64,000 bases of DNA, taken from contig OZ244799.1 in the NCBI GenBank assembly GCA_965219955.1, positions 1,184,001 to 1,248,000 on the forward strand, in the 5' to 3' direction. The notes beneath the pieces are model-generated. The model saw only the letters and a list, made by a program, of their open reading frames with translations, was not told the origin of the DNA and did no database searches. The position numbers and the translations under genes were made by a program. This DNA is from a bacterium. GTDB lineage: Bacteria > UBA8248. Position 1 is the stretch's first letter, and every line of letters starts with the position of its first letter. Below are positions 47,763 to 59,076 of the stretch, in pieces.

Positions 47763-48755
47763 ATGAAATATATTCCTGCAATGCTCGTTATGGCGTTTCT
47801 GCTGACCGCCTGCATGGGAAGCGGCGGCGGCACGCCTGAAGGAGTTCCTATCAAGCTCGAGAGGAATACCGAGTTCGACGGCGAGAGCTTGAGGTTATTC
47901 GTGAGGCTGCGCGACGGAACCGAGGAATCCGTCAACACGACTGACGATGTCATCGGGGTACAGCCCGGGATGACGCCCATGCCCGGCCATCAGGCGCGGG
48001 CCTGGACGTTCCTGCAGATAACGGATGACGCCACATCGGTAGCCCACGCCCTGGTGAGCTGGAACCCGGACGACCCGGCGGACTACCTCGTGGCCGGCTG
48101 GTGGGCGCGGTTCCCCGATCAGGAGCCGCCGCTTTCGTTCGAGGATTTTATGCCGTTCGGGATTATCGACGGGCCGGAACTCGACCATGGCGTCGCACCG
48201 CAACTGCCGGTCGACGGAACGGCCTCATACGCGGGTCCGGCCGGGGGCCTCTACGCATACGAGTTCGGCAGCGGCTGGGGAGAGAATGAGGGCGAATTCG
48301 TGCTCGAAGAGTACCAGGGAACGGTCACCCTCACGGCGGACTTCGAAGACGGCACCCTGAAGGGCTGCATCGGGTGCGTGGGCGATCTCGTTACGCAGCG
48401 CGGGCACTTCGGCGTTTTCCTGGGCCAGGAGGTGAGCGACGTGCAGGGCGTCGCCAGGGACTACGAGCTTCACCTCGCCACTGCGATTATCAGGGAAGAC
48501 GGCATGTTCGATCGAGACAGAGTGACGCTGAAACACCCGGAGCGCACAATCACGCTAGCGGAGGGGTACTGGGGCGGGGCCCTGTCCAGCCGCCAGGACA
48601 CGGACGGGAACCCCCGGTTGGTAATGGGCTTCAGCAGTGTCGGTTTCGAGGAGAGCGACGGCAGCGCGGGCGCGTTGGTCGGGTCTTTTCTGGCGCTGAG
48701 CGAGCGCTTCCGGGAGAACGGGATGTCTCGTTTCCCACCCGCTCAAGACAAGTGA
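47763..48755 (+). CDS. Lipoprotein with putative TbpB-like beta-barrel
   Basis: Lipobox LLTAC then GSGGG; PVDGTASYAG, VTLTADF..GTLKG, YWGG, LVGSF. Confidence 0.7.
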   Translation: MKYIPAMLVMAFLLTACMGSGGGTPEGVPIKLERNTEFDGESLRLFVRLRDGTEESVNTTDDVIGVQPGMTPMPGHQARAWTFLQITDDATSVAHALVSWNPDDPADYLVAGWWARFPDQEPPLSFEDFMPFGIIDGPELDHGVAPQLPVDGTASYAGPAGGLYAYEFGSGWGENEGEFVLEEYQGTVTLTADFEDGTLKGCIGCVGDLVTQRGHFGVFLGQEVSDVQGVARDYELHLATAIIREDGMFDRDRVTLKHPERTITLAEGYWGGALSSRQDTDGNPRLVMGFSSVGFEESDGSAGALVGSFLALSERFRENGMSRFPPAQDK

Positions 48756-48966
48756 GCGGTTCGTAATATTGATTTGGCAAAATGGCAATGGAGTGCAACA
48801 TGCTTCCATCATGCTAAACACACCTTGAGGCCTGCAAATCCTGGCCGTCCGTGGAATACAAGACCGCTCTTCTGCGGGAATAGACGGAAACCCCACACAA
48901 TTAGGGTGTGTTTAGTGACCGACCCGGCCAGTAGGGCCGGGCATTCGCTGAGGGGAGGGGCGTAAG

Positions 48967-50223
48967 ATGAAACGCCTTATCGCAACTTTCGTGCTGATTG
49001 TTTTGGTTGGTTGCGTTCAAGTAGCAGTTGCAGCCATATCAAAAGGCTTGGAGCTTCCAAGCAAGGAACGGGTTGCCGAATATCTGTGGACGCACGCCAG
49101 CGGTGGGCCGTGGCAAAGCGGGCCAAATTATAGTCTTACCCATCCTCCGGGCTTGGTTCGCTTCGCCGTGCCCCCAAGTGTGCGCCTTGCTGCTGGAATG
49201 AGTAAGCGTGAAAGAGCCATAGCAATGCACGCAATCGCGCTCGTAAATCGTGCGTTGCCATACGAGCATCACGTTCTGCTCGGCCCGGATGCTCTTGCTG
49301 GCGTGGCGTGGGACTGGAAAGGGGGACTCCCGGATATCCCGGACGGGCAAATTTTTATCGAGTTTGTTAAAGGAAATCCCAACAGTGCTCGGCCTGGTTC
49401 TTCGGCGGTATCGCACCAAGCTACGATTCGAAAATATGATGCGTTGCAAGGACGATGGGAAAAGAAACATTTGCGGGCGTCTGCGGTTGAAATGAGTTCT
49501 GTTTTCTTTCGCGGGAGACCGGATTGGCAAGCTGTTTCTGTTCTCGTGCATGAACTGTTGCACGGGCTAGGATTTGCTGGGCATCCGGGAAAGGACTTTG
49601 CGGATTCAATCATGGAGAACGCATGGTTCCGTCTTGACGGCTCCCTGCCGGATATTGATATAGACGCCCTGCAAGTCCTGTACACGAAACTCTCGGAAGA
49701 TACGGAACCGGAAGAGTTATCAGCCCTTGATTTGGGCGCATGGAATGACGAAAGCACCGATATCACAGACGTTCTTGGCCCTGTTTCCTTCGGTGTGCGC
49801 CATGCAAACAATGTCAGTGTGCCGTTTACTTCGGGGCCTGAACCATCAAAGCCGCTTGCAGAGAGCGGGTTGTCCAAAACAAGGGTGGTGACTTGGCGCG
49901 GGGAGTTGCTCGGATTGACCCCGAAATTGCGGACGGTGGCGGGGACAGCTACGGTCAGCGTGGCTCTTTTCACCATGTGCGGAACCGCCAAGTTCACGAA
50001 CCTGAGGTCTTTTCCTGTCTTGTCCACACCAACACGCAGGGGAGGGGTGAGGTGGGGTGACGGGACGCTTGATTATGATATCCGGGTCGGAAGCAATTAC
50101 CTGTATTCGACCGGCGGTGATGCTGGCGCAGTTTCGGGCTCGTTTTACGGCGACAATCATCGCTATGTTGGCGGTACCGTTGAGCGTTCAGACCTTACCG
50201 CCGCGTTTGGAGCCAGACGGTAA
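48967..50223 (+). CDS. Secreted metzincin-like protease fused to a TbpB-like C-terminal barrel
   Basis: Signal peptide; HELLHGLGFAGH; DSIM Met-turn; VSGSFYG...VGGT...LTAAFGARR; lower GC. Confidence 0.7.
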   Translation: MKRLIATFVLIVLVGCVQVAVAAISKGLELPSKERVAEYLWTHASGGPWQSGPNYSLTHPPGLVRFAVPPSVRLAAGMSKRERAIAMHAIALVNRALPYEHHVLLGPDALAGVAWDWKGGLPDIPDGQIFIEFVKGNPNSARPGSSAVSHQATIRKYDALQGRWEKKHLRASAVEMSSVFFRGRPDWQAVSVLVHELLHGLGFAGHPGKDFADSIMENAWFRLDGSLPDIDIDALQVLYTKLSEDTEPEELSALDLGAWNDESTDITDVLGPVSFGVRHANNVSVPFTSGPEPSKPLAESGLSKTRVVTWRGELLGLTPKLRTVAGTATVSVALFTMCGTAKFTNLRSFPVLSTPTRRGGVRWGDGTLDYDIRVGSNYLYSTGGDAGAVSGSFYGDNHRYVGGTVERSDLTAAFGARR

Positions 50224-50243
50224 TGGTGGAACGCCGGGTGTTT

Positions 50244-50975
50244 TCACCAGAGCGCGCGGGTGAGAGTGCTCAGGGCGCATTTCTGGCGGCCGGCGGCGTC
50301 GAAATTCTCCGGCGCGAGCCAGCGGGCGTGCGCCTCGCGGACGGCGGGCCATTCCTCCTGCGTCAGGGAGAACCAGGCCGTGTCGCGGCTGCGTCCCTTG
50401 ATGATCATGTGGTTCAGGAAAATCCCTTCGTAGCGGAAGCCCAGGCGCAGGGCCGCCGCGCGCGATGCCGCGTTCAGGGCGTCGCATTTCCACTCCAGGC
50501 GGCGGTAGCCCAGGGTGTCGAGGACGTGGCGCATCTTGAGTGACAGGACTTCCGTGGCCCGGGCGTCGCGCTGCCAGGCGCGGCCGAACCAGATGTGGCC
50601 GATTTCGGCGACCCCGATATGGGAGCGGATCTCCATGAAGCTGCCCATTCCGCCGAGGAGGCCCGTCTCGTTGTCGCGGTAGACGACGAAGGCCGGGTCT
50701 TGAGAGGCCTGGCGTTCCACGAGCAGGTCATGCACTTGCGCTTCCGTGGAGAAGGGCCCCACGTTCATGTAATCGAATATCCGATCGGTATCTTCGCCTT
50801 CGGTCGCGGCCAGGAAGATGCCGGCCGTGTCGCGATCCGCATCGACCGGCTCCAGAGAAGCTCTGGCCCCCGAGAGACTGACGCCATCGAAACCCTCCCA
50901 GCGCCTTGGGGCGACTTGTTGGTTGCCTACCGGGCGTCTGTTGGCCGCGCTGGCGAGTTCGTTATCCGTAGCCAT
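50244..50975 (-). CDS. GNAT acetyltransferase, RimJ/RimL family
   Basis: EIGHIWF, LGYRRLEWKCDALNAAS, LGFRYEG, RDTAWFS. Confidence 0.9.
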   Translation of the reverse strand: MATDNELASAANRRPVGNQQVAPRRWEGFDGVSLSGARASLEPVDADRDTAGIFLAATEGEDTDRIFDYMNVGPFSTEAQVHDLLVERQASQDPAFVVYRDNETGLLGGMGSFMEIRSHIGVAEIGHIWFGRAWQRDARATEVLSLKMRHVLDTLGYRRLEWKCDALNAASRAAALRLGFRYEGIFLNHMIIKGRSRDTAWFSLTQEEWPAVREAHARWLAPENFDAAGRQKCALSTLTRALW

Positions 50976-51059
50976 GAAGGCTCCTTTCATTTCTGAACAA
51001 TCCGGAAGCGCGCGAATAAAATCGAATGCGCCTTTCGAAGGTACGAACCCGAGCGATAA

Positions 51060-51281
51060 GTGTTGTTGAAAAACCCCGTTTTGGTGCGGTCGGTATTGGG
51101 GGTTACGCGGCGGTCCTCCTTCCTACCGCGCAGGTGGCCTCAAAACCTCATCCTGAGTAGGCGCGAAAGCGCCGTATCGAAGGATGGGTGGCGCCTCCCG
51201 GCGTGCGAAAGGGCATCCTTCGATACGCGGCTCCGCCGCTACTCAGGATGAGAGAGATGTGATGACTTTTTCAACAGCCCC
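51060..51281. mobile_element. MITE-like element with family C doublet
   Basis: GTTGTTGAAAAACCCC ... GACTTTTTCAACAGCCCC; arms CTCATCCTGAGTAG...GTATCGAAGGATG / CATCCTTCGATAC...CTACTCAGGATGAG. Confidence 0.75.
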
Positions 51282-51317
51282 TCAAGGGGGGAGCGGCTCC
51301 TCTCTCATCGCAGGCTC

Positions 51318-51610
51318 CTACCCTCCGGCGATCGCTCCCACGATGAGAAACGGCTCGGCGCCTGATGCGATGGCTTCGGGCAGCGGCGTGTCCGGCGGGT
51401 CGTGGGTGACGTCCTCCCGGCAGGCGAAGAAGCGCACCAGCGGCCGCCGCCGGCCCGTGTCGTGATCGCGGAGCGTACCGCGGAGCATCGGGTAGCGGGC
51501 TTCGAGCGCATCCAGCACGCTGCCGAGCGTCACGGCGCCGTCCACCGTCAGCGTCACTTCGGCGTCGACGCCGGCGAGCGTTCGCAGGTGGTAGGGAAGT
51601 TCGACGCGGA

Positions 51611-51614
<4 letters not shown>
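51318..51614 (-). CDS. MoaD/ThiS-family ubiquitin-like protein
   Basis: [10 protein letters not shown]...AIAGG C-terminal di-glycine; GTGA overlap with the upstream gene. Confidence 0.88.
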
Positions 51615-52813
<1,199 letters not shown>

Positions 52814-53270
52814 TGCCGCTCTCCCGTACAGAACGCGTCAAGTGGTGGCAGACGTGCCAAGGCGGCCTAAAGTCAGGACGGCGCGTCCCCGCATCCGATG
52901 TTGCGCGCCGGGTTCGGTCGACCTCTCCATGCGCGATATCGAACCCATGCCGGTATATCCCTGGGACACGGGATTCGCCATGGCCTGTGTCGTCGACGCA
53001 AAGTATAGGTCTGTTTCCGGCAACCTGGCAATGTTCCCGCAAACGCCGGGGACATGGCATTCCGCAAGCCGTATCGGTGCGGGTTCGGTGGGGGTCGATG
53101 AGGAATCGCAGAAATGAGTGAGAGATGCCGCGCTGCGCATCGGCCGGCTTCAGAGAGGTTCCCGGGCCGGAGAAGCTCTCCCGGCGGCTCGACTTCTTCG
53201 TTGCCGATGGGCGTCTGGTCACCGCGCCGGCGAGCTCTTGCTCCGCAGCCGTGAAGAGCCGTCATCATTT

Positions 53271-53320
53271 CTGAAAAATTCGATAAATATGGATAAATTC
53301 ACGGAGTTTTTCGATAAATT
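53271..53320 (+). promoter_or_regulatory. 50-bp phased GATAAATT array, copy 2
   Basis: 41/50 ungapped identity to 17946-17995. Confidence 0.55.
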
Positions 53321-53375
53321 AAATCAGGCAAGGGAGGATGAAGTAACACATTAAATATCTCCCGTAACCATCTGC

Positions 53376-53879
53376 CTAAAAACCCTTGTTCAGCGCAAGA
53401 CCGAAGAAGATGGCGAACAGGGCGAGTATTGCGTTCCCGAGGTTCACATGCTCGAGCGTTTTGAGCAATCTGATGCGCTCGCCCGTCGTGTCGCCTATCG
53501 GACGCCCGTTCCCGGCGGGGCCCGTCCCCCGCGTGAGCCTGAGTCCCACCGCGAAAAACTGAAAGCTGATCCCCAGCATCATCAGGAAAACCGTCAGTAA
53601 TTTCAGGCCTAATGGCACGAAGAGTTTCCCGAATGCGGGCCCCATCGCCATCTTGAGGCCCGTGAGATACCACGCGCCCGTCATGATGAGCACGCCCATG
53701 CAGATGAGCACGAAGGGGTGGTAGAAACGAAGGATGGAGACGATCTCGCCCGCGTATTCCTCAGGCTCCAGTCGCCTCCTCAAGTGGCCCATGAGGAGCC
53801 AGAAGAATACGAGCGCGCCCTCGTACAGACAGGCCGCCAGTATATGGACGTATAGGAGCCAGAAATAGGTATTCGACAT
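53376..53879 (-). CDS. Four-TM membrane protein (CopD-like)
   Basis: YVHILAA...G, LIMTG, LGLKLL. Confidence 0.7.
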   Translation of the reverse strand: MSNTYFWLLYVHILAACLYEGALVFFWLLMGHLRRRLEPEEYAGEIVSILRFYHPFVLICMGVLIMTGAWYLTGLKMAMGPAFGKLFVPLGLKLLTVFLMMLGISFQFFAVGLRLTRGTGPAGNGRPIGDTTGERIRLLKTLEHVNLGNAILALFAIFFGLALNKGF

Positions 53880-53913
53880 GCGTATCTTCTAGGCAGGAGA
53901 AAAATGTCATGTG

Positions 53914-53943
53914 AAAAACACCCCCCGGTACGCCGGGGGGTGT
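53914..53943 (-). terminator. Rho-independent terminator
   Basis: ACACCCCCCGG-loop-CCGGGGGGTGT followed by a T-run on the minus strand, just after the C-N hydrolase stop. Confidence 0.75.
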
Positions 53944-53951
53944 ATGCGTCA

Positions 53952-54809
53952 CTAACTGGCCGCGCCTTCTTTGGGGAAGAACTTGTCGTACAACTCGGGC
54001 CGTTGCCACTGCCTCAGCACGCCGGCCTTGGCCGCGTTTTGCCCCGATGAGGTCACCTCGTCGTTTTGCTCGCGAAGCTCGCGCATTCTCTCCAGATCCA
54101 CGTCGACCATGAACAGGCCGGCCTTCGTGCTCTCGAAAATGACTTCCTCAGGCGTCGCCACCATCGCCAGACCGCGCTGGCTCTTGTCGAAGAGGTTCTG
54201 CGTGGTGATGACGACCGCGAGGTTTTCGATCGCCCGCGACCAGATGAGGTTCCGCCAGGTGCCCCACAGCCTCTTCTTGTCCACCCCTGCAGGCAGGAAG
54301 ATGATTTCCGCCCCGCGCAGCGAGAGCGCGCGCGTCACTTCCGGCATGTAGACTTCGCTGCACATCGCCATGCCGACCTGGCCGTACTGGGTCTCGAAAA
54401 CGGGGTATTCGTTCCCCGCGACGTACTGGAATTCCCAGATGCCGCCGCCGGTGTAGATCCAGGGACCGGGTGGGTGGGTCCTGCGGTAGCGTCCCGAGGG
54501 ACCGCCTGTGGGGCGTGCGAGGTTCAGCAGGTTGTGGGCCGTTTTCTTCTCGTTGTCCAGCGGTTCGAGCGTTCCGTATTGAACATAAACCCCGCAGCGC
54601 TTGGCCACTTCCTCCATCGCCTCGGTGGGGTCGAACGTCGCCGGCATCCGCCAGGGACCCGGATACGATTCGGGGAAGGCGACGAAATCGGCTCCCTGCG
54701 CGGCTGCGTCTTCGACGTAGCGGACGGCGTCGGCCACGTTTTTTTCATCCTCGGGTGGGGGATACCCCATCGGCTGCACGAGTGCGAGCCTGAAGTTATC
54801 GGCGCTCAT
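53952..54809 (-). CDS. Carbon-nitrogen hydrolase (nitrilase superfamily)
   Basis: LALVQ, FPES, YRRTH, MCSEV, GAEIIFLPA, RAIEN. Confidence 0.88.
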   Translation of the reverse strand: MSADNFRLALVQPMGYPPPEDEKNVADAVRYVEDAAAQGADFVAFPESYPGPWRMPATFDPTEAMEEVAKRCGVYVQYGTLEPLDNEKKTAHNLLNLARPTGGPSGRYRRTHPPGPWIYTGGGIWEFQYVAGNEYPVFETQYGQVGMAMCSEVYMPEVTRALSLRGAEIIFLPAGVDKKRLWGTWRNLIWSRAIENLAVVITTQNLFDKSQRGLAMVATPEEVIFESTKAGLFMVDVDLERMRELREQNDEVTSSGQNAAKAGVLRQWQRPELYDKFFPKEGAAS

Positions 54810-54842
54810 CTCACTTCCTCCTCGTAAAAGGGATACTCGCCG

Positions 54843-55028
54843 CTACCGGTCTTCGAAGAGCGTTCCGCCCGCCGCCCAGGAGTCAGTACCGACATCTTGA
54901 AAGATGACCGTGATGACGTCTTTGGGGGCGCCTGAATGCTTGTGGACCGTCTCTGTAATCTCATCCGCCATCGCGCTTTTCTGCTCTTTCGACCTCCCGG
55001 ACAGCAGACTTACTTGAACAACGGGCAT
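54843..55028 (-). CDS. 4-oxalocrotonate tautomerase family
   Basis: Catalytic Pro after Met, GRSKEQK, WAAGG; 61 aa. Confidence 0.9.
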   Translation of the reverse strand: MPVVQVSLLSGRSKEQKSAMADEITETVHKHSGAPKDVITVIFQDVGTDSWAAGGTLFEDR

Positions 55029-55075
55029 CGGAATACCTCCTTTTGGATGGGAAGTGAATTTCTGAAGCGTAACAC

Positions 55076-56710
55076 CTAGAGTTTCGGGCCTGCAGCCGCG
55101 ACGTCCGGCGTCACTCGATCCGCGAACTGCTCGAAATTCTCCCGGAACGCTCCCGCGAGCTCACGTATTTTCTCGTCGTATTTATCGGCGCTTGCCCAAA
55201 GATTTCTGGGGATCATGTATTCCTGCGGCACTCCGGGGCAGCTTGTGGGAACGTGGAGGTCGAATATCGGCACGTCCTGGGTGGGAACTTTGGCCAGTTC
55301 GCCCGTCAGGGCGGCCGTCAGAAGCGCGCGTGTATGATGCAGTGGCATTCTGTCGACCTCGCCTGCGGCTCCGCCGATCCAGCCCGTGTTGACAAGCCAG
55401 ACCTGCGCTTCGTGCTTCCCGAGTCTGTCCCTGAGCATCTCGCCGTATTCGGCGGGATGCAAGGCCAGAAAAGGCGCCCCGAAACAACTGCTGAACGTGG
55501 CCATCGGCTCATCGATACCTGCTTCGGTGCCGGCCACCTTCGCCGTATAGCCCGAGAGGAAATGATAGGCGGCCTGCTCGGGCGTGAGCTTGCTGATGGG
55601 AGGCAGGACGCCGAAAGCGTCGCAGGTGAGGAAGAAGATGTTCTTCGGATGCCCGCCCATGCCCGAGAGCACGCAGTTGTCGATGAAATGCGTGGGGTAG
55701 GTGGCGCGCGTGTTTTCGGTTATCGACATGTCGTCATAGTCGATCTCCCGCGTGTCGTGGTCGACGATGACGTTTTCGAGAACGGAACCGAAGCGTATCG
55801 CATCCCAAATCTGGGGTTCTTCCTCCCTCGTGAGATTGATGGTTTTCGCGTAGCACCCGCCTTCGAAATTGAAGATGCCCGAATCCGACCAGCCGTGTTC
55901 GTCGTCGCCGATAAGCTTTCGGTTCTCATCGGCGGACAGTGTGGTCTTGCCTGTGCCGGAGAGGCCGAAGAAAAGAGCCGTATCCCCGTCGTGGCCCATG
56001 TTCGCCGAACAGTGCATCGGGAAAACGCCTTGTTGCGGAAGGAGGTAATTCATGATGAAAAAAGCGGATTTCTTCATCTCCCCTGCGTATTCAGAGCCGC
56101 CGATGAGCGCCATGTTCTTCTCGAAGTTCACCAGCGTAAAATTCTCCTGCCGGAGTCCCTCGGCCGGGCCTGCTCCCAGGAACCTGCCCATGTCGATGAC
56201 CGTGAAGGGGTTTGTGTGATTGTCGAGTTCCCCGGGCTTGGGCCGGACGAGCAGCGTCTGGCAGAACATCGAATGCCAGGCAAGTTCGGAAATCACCCGC
56301 ACGGGGAGTTTATATCTCGGGTCGTTGCCCACGAAACCATCGAAGATGAAAAGATCGCGTTTCTGGGCATAGCTGGCGATTTTCTGAAAGATGTTGTCCC
56401 AGTTTTCGGTCGATATCTTCTGGTTGATGGGTCCCCACCAGATCTTCTCGCTGGAAGGCTCCTGGTCTACGGTGAACTTGTCCTTGGGCGAGCGGCCCGA
56501 GAATTTGCCCGTATGGACAACGAGCGCGCCATTGGTGGCGAGGTACCCTTCGCCCCGCGCGACCGCCATTTCGTTCAACTCGGCGATGGGAAGATTCCGG
56601 TAGACCGTTCCGATATTTTTAAGGCCCAGTTTGTCGAGGCCGAAAGTCTTTTCCGTTCCGATGTTCGCACGTGAGGAGGCTCCTTTTCCTCCCTCCTTGG
56701 CTTGTGCCAT
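55076..56710 (-). CDS. pckA: Phosphoenolpyruvate carboxykinase (ATP)
   Basis: GRSPKDK, YAGEMKK, MHCSAN, GLSGTGKTTLS, IGDDEHGW, ENTR. Confidence 0.96.
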   Translation of the reverse strand: MAQAKEGGKGASSRANIGTEKTFGLDKLGLKNIGTVYRNLPIAELNEMAVARGEGYLATNGALVVHTGKFSGRSPKDKFTVDQEPSSEKIWWGPINQKISTENWDNIFQKIASYAQKRDLFIFDGFVGNDPRYKLPVRVISELAWHSMFCQTLLVRPKPGELDNHTNPFTVIDMGRFLGAGPAEGLRQENFTLVNFEKNMALIGGSEYAGEMKKSAFFIMNYLLPQQGVFPMHCSANMGHDGDTALFFGLSGTGKTTLSADENRKLIGDDEHGWSDSGIFNFEGGCYAKTINLTREEEPQIWDAIRFGSVLENVIVDHDTREIDYDDMSITENTRATYPTHFIDNCVLSGMGGHPKNIFFLTCDAFGVLPPISKLTPEQAAYHFLSGYTAKVAGTEAGIDEPMATFSSCFGAPFLALHPAEYGEMLRDRLGKHEAQVWLVNTGWIGGAAGEVDRMPLHHTRALLTAALTGELAKVPTQDVPIFDLHVPTSCPGVPQEYMIPRNLWASADKYDEKIRELAGAFRENFEQFADRVTPDVAAAGPKL

Positions 56711-56926
56711 GTGTTGCTTCCTCCCGGGAATCGAAATTTCAGTGCAACCGTTCCGCTCGCATGAAGAGCATTTTTCTGAATTGTCTTGCGAATCTCGTAC
56801 GAATCCGCCCAAAGAAGGCCGCAATATGCCTCGCAGAGTAGAAGAAGTCAAAAGCAAACCGGGGTCGTTTTCACCTTATCCGCCGCCCGGATTTCCTTTG
56901 ATTTTATCGCGTATCCGCCTCTTGTT

Positions 56927-58003
56927 TTATCCGATGGCTTCGTTGTCTTTGCGGTAAATGGGCAGGCTCTCGACCGTCGCTTTCGCATCGCCGCCCCGGC
57001 AAGCGACTCTTACCTCGGTGCCAGGCTCCATCTGGGCGCGCGGGAGATAGGAAAAAGCCAGGACCGCGTCGACCGTCGGGCAATATGCAGCGCGGGTGAT
57101 GGAACCGATGGTTTCCTCACCGGACTGGACGGCGGCTCCCGGCTCGGGCGTGATATCTCCGCTGACCTTAAGCCCCATGAGCCCGCGGTTCACCTGGCCG
57201 AGATACTTGATCTTCGCGATGACTTCCTGCCCGATGTAGCAGCCCTTCTCGAAGTCGATCGCCTTTTCCTCGAGCCCCGACTGCATGGGATTGACGGCCG
57301 AAGTCATGTCCTTGCCAAACAAGGGCACACCGGCCTCCAAAGTGAGCGATTCGAATGCCGCGATGCCCGCCGGATTTGCTCCTGCATCCGACAATGCGCG
57401 CCAAACGGAATCCGCGTTCTCGCGAGGCCCCACGAGCAGATAGCCGTTTTCTCCCGTCCATAGTTCTCGTGCTATCATCATGTTGCCCGAAGTCGTATGG
57501 CCGTGTTCCTCGGGAGAGGGCTCGCCCATTCCAGCTTTGGCGATGATCTCCTGTGATTCGGGGCCGAAAAGACCGAAGCAGAACGAATTTTCCGTCTCGT
57601 TCGCCACTTCCACCTGATCCATGATGATGAACCTGTCGATCTCCTCTGCGAGCGTATCCGCCATTCCGGAAGCCACCGAGGCGAGGATGGAGGTTTCTCC
57701 TTTGTACATGTACATATCGGAGATAAACTTTCCCTGCCGAGTCAGGAAGGTGTTGTACGCACCCTCTCCGGGCTTCAGTTCTTTCACGCGGTTGGAGAGC
57801 ATGCGGTGGAGAAATTCCTCGGTGTCAGGGCCGCTGAAGCGCAGGAAGCCCCTGTGCGATAAGTCGACTAGGATGGCGCTTTCCCGGCACGCGAGATGCT
57901 CGGCTACCGCGTCTCCATACGATACCGGGATTCGCCATCCCGTTTCCTCAATGAACTCGGCGTTTGCCGCCTGATGCAAAGAAAGCAGGGGAATGGCTGA
58001 CAT
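56927..58003 (-). CDS. YgfZ/GcvT-family folate-binding protein
   Basis: DLSHRG...GPD, LEAG, KGCYIGQE signature. Confidence 0.88.
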   Translation of the reverse strand: MSAIPLLSLHQAANAEFIEETGWRIPVSYGDAVAEHLACRESAILVDLSHRGFLRFSGPDTEEFLHRMLSNRVKELKPGEGAYNTFLTRQGKFISDMYMYKGETSILASVASGMADTLAEEIDRFIIMDQVEVANETENSFCFGLFGPESQEIIAKAGMGEPSPEEHGHTTSGNMMIARELWTGENGYLLVGPRENADSVWRALSDAGANPAGIAAFESLTLEAGVPLFGKDMTSAVNPMQSGLEEKAIDFEKGCYIGQEVIAKIKYLGQVNRGLMGLKVSGDITPEPGAAVQSGEETIGSITRAAYCPTVDAVLAFSYLPRAQMEPGTEVRVACRGGDAKATVESLPIYRKDNEAIG

Positions 58004-58159
58004 TGGTTTCCCTCTCCGGGTATTGTCTGGTTGAATGCAGCAAATGAATCGTCCAACGAAATTTCAACGCTTTTTTATTCTACGCCCTATCCGAGGGCTA
58101 AAGGAACCGAATAAAGCATATCAATTTTTTTCTTTTCATACCGGGAGGCGAGACGAAAT

Positions 58160-59035
58160 ATGGGAGAGAAACTCGGATTCATCGGTCTGGGCAAGATGGG
58201 AACGCCGTTGACCCAAAATCTCCTGGCCGATGGTCATGAGGTGTCGGGGTTCGACGTAGACCCGACGCGAATGGAACAGTTGAGGCAAGCAGGCGGTACG
58301 CCCTGCGCGAAAGCAAAAGAAGTTGCCGAGCGTTCGGACGTGGTTTTCACCATGCTGCTCAAGCCCGAACACATCGAGATGAACACCATCGGGCCGGAAG
58401 GTGTCGCCGCTGCGGGGAAGGAAGGTCTCATTCTTGTCGAGATGAGCACGATGAACCCGACCTGGTCGGCAGGGCTGGCGAGGAAGCTCGAAGCCAGAAA
58501 CGTGGAGATGGTCGATGCTCCCGTCTCGGGAACCGTGCCGCACGTGGAGTCGAGGACGCTGGCGTATATGGTGGGCGGGAAGAGGGAAATTTTCGAGCGC
58601 ATCAAGCCCATCATCGAGCCGCTGGCGAAAAGCGTCCTCCATACCGGACCCAACGGGACGGGTTGCTCCATGAAGCTTGTGACGAACCTGATTGTGAACG
58701 CGGGCGTCGCCCTGCTGACAGAGGGTCTGCTCCTGGGCGAGCGTTCGGGTTTGTCGCACGATACGATCATGTCCTGTCTGCGCTCGGGGGCAGCAGCAGG
58801 AGTTCTCCTGGATTTGAAGGGAGAAAAGATTCTCTCGCGCGATTTCACCCCTCACGGTGCCTTGAGCATATATGTGAAAGATCTCGGCCTCTGCGTTGAC
58901 CTCGCGAGAGAAAAAGGATTTGATGCGACTTTAGCGGAAGCTGGACTGACGATGTTCCGACGTGCGCAAGAGGCAGGCTGGGCGGAGGATGACTGCGCGC
59001 GCGTGGTGGAAGTGTATGAGGGGAAGGATCGCTAG
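58160..59035 (+). CDS. NAD(P)-dependent beta-hydroxyacid dehydrogenase
   Basis: GFIGLGKMG, DAPVSG, KLVTN, KDL. Confidence 0.88.
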   Translation: MGEKLGFIGLGKMGTPLTQNLLADGHEVSGFDVDPTRMEQLRQAGGTPCAKAKEVAERSDVVFTMLLKPEHIEMNTIGPEGVAAAGKEGLILVEMSTMNPTWSAGLARKLEARNVEMVDAPVSGTVPHVESRTLAYMVGGKREIFERIKPIIEPLAKSVLHTGPNGTGCSMKLVTNLIVNAGVALLTEGLLLGERSGLSHDTIMSCLRSGAAAGVLLDLKGEKILSRDFTPHGALSIYVKDLGLCVDLAREKGFDATLAEAGLTMFRRAQEAGWAEDDCARVVEVYEGKDR

Positions 59036-59076
59036 GTTCATGGTTGGCTTCACGACGAATGCACAGGAGACGGACA

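Noticed and set aside
52815-53270. ORFs or ncRNA in the long intergenic region
   Set aside because: No recognisable protein motif, RBS or RNA family.
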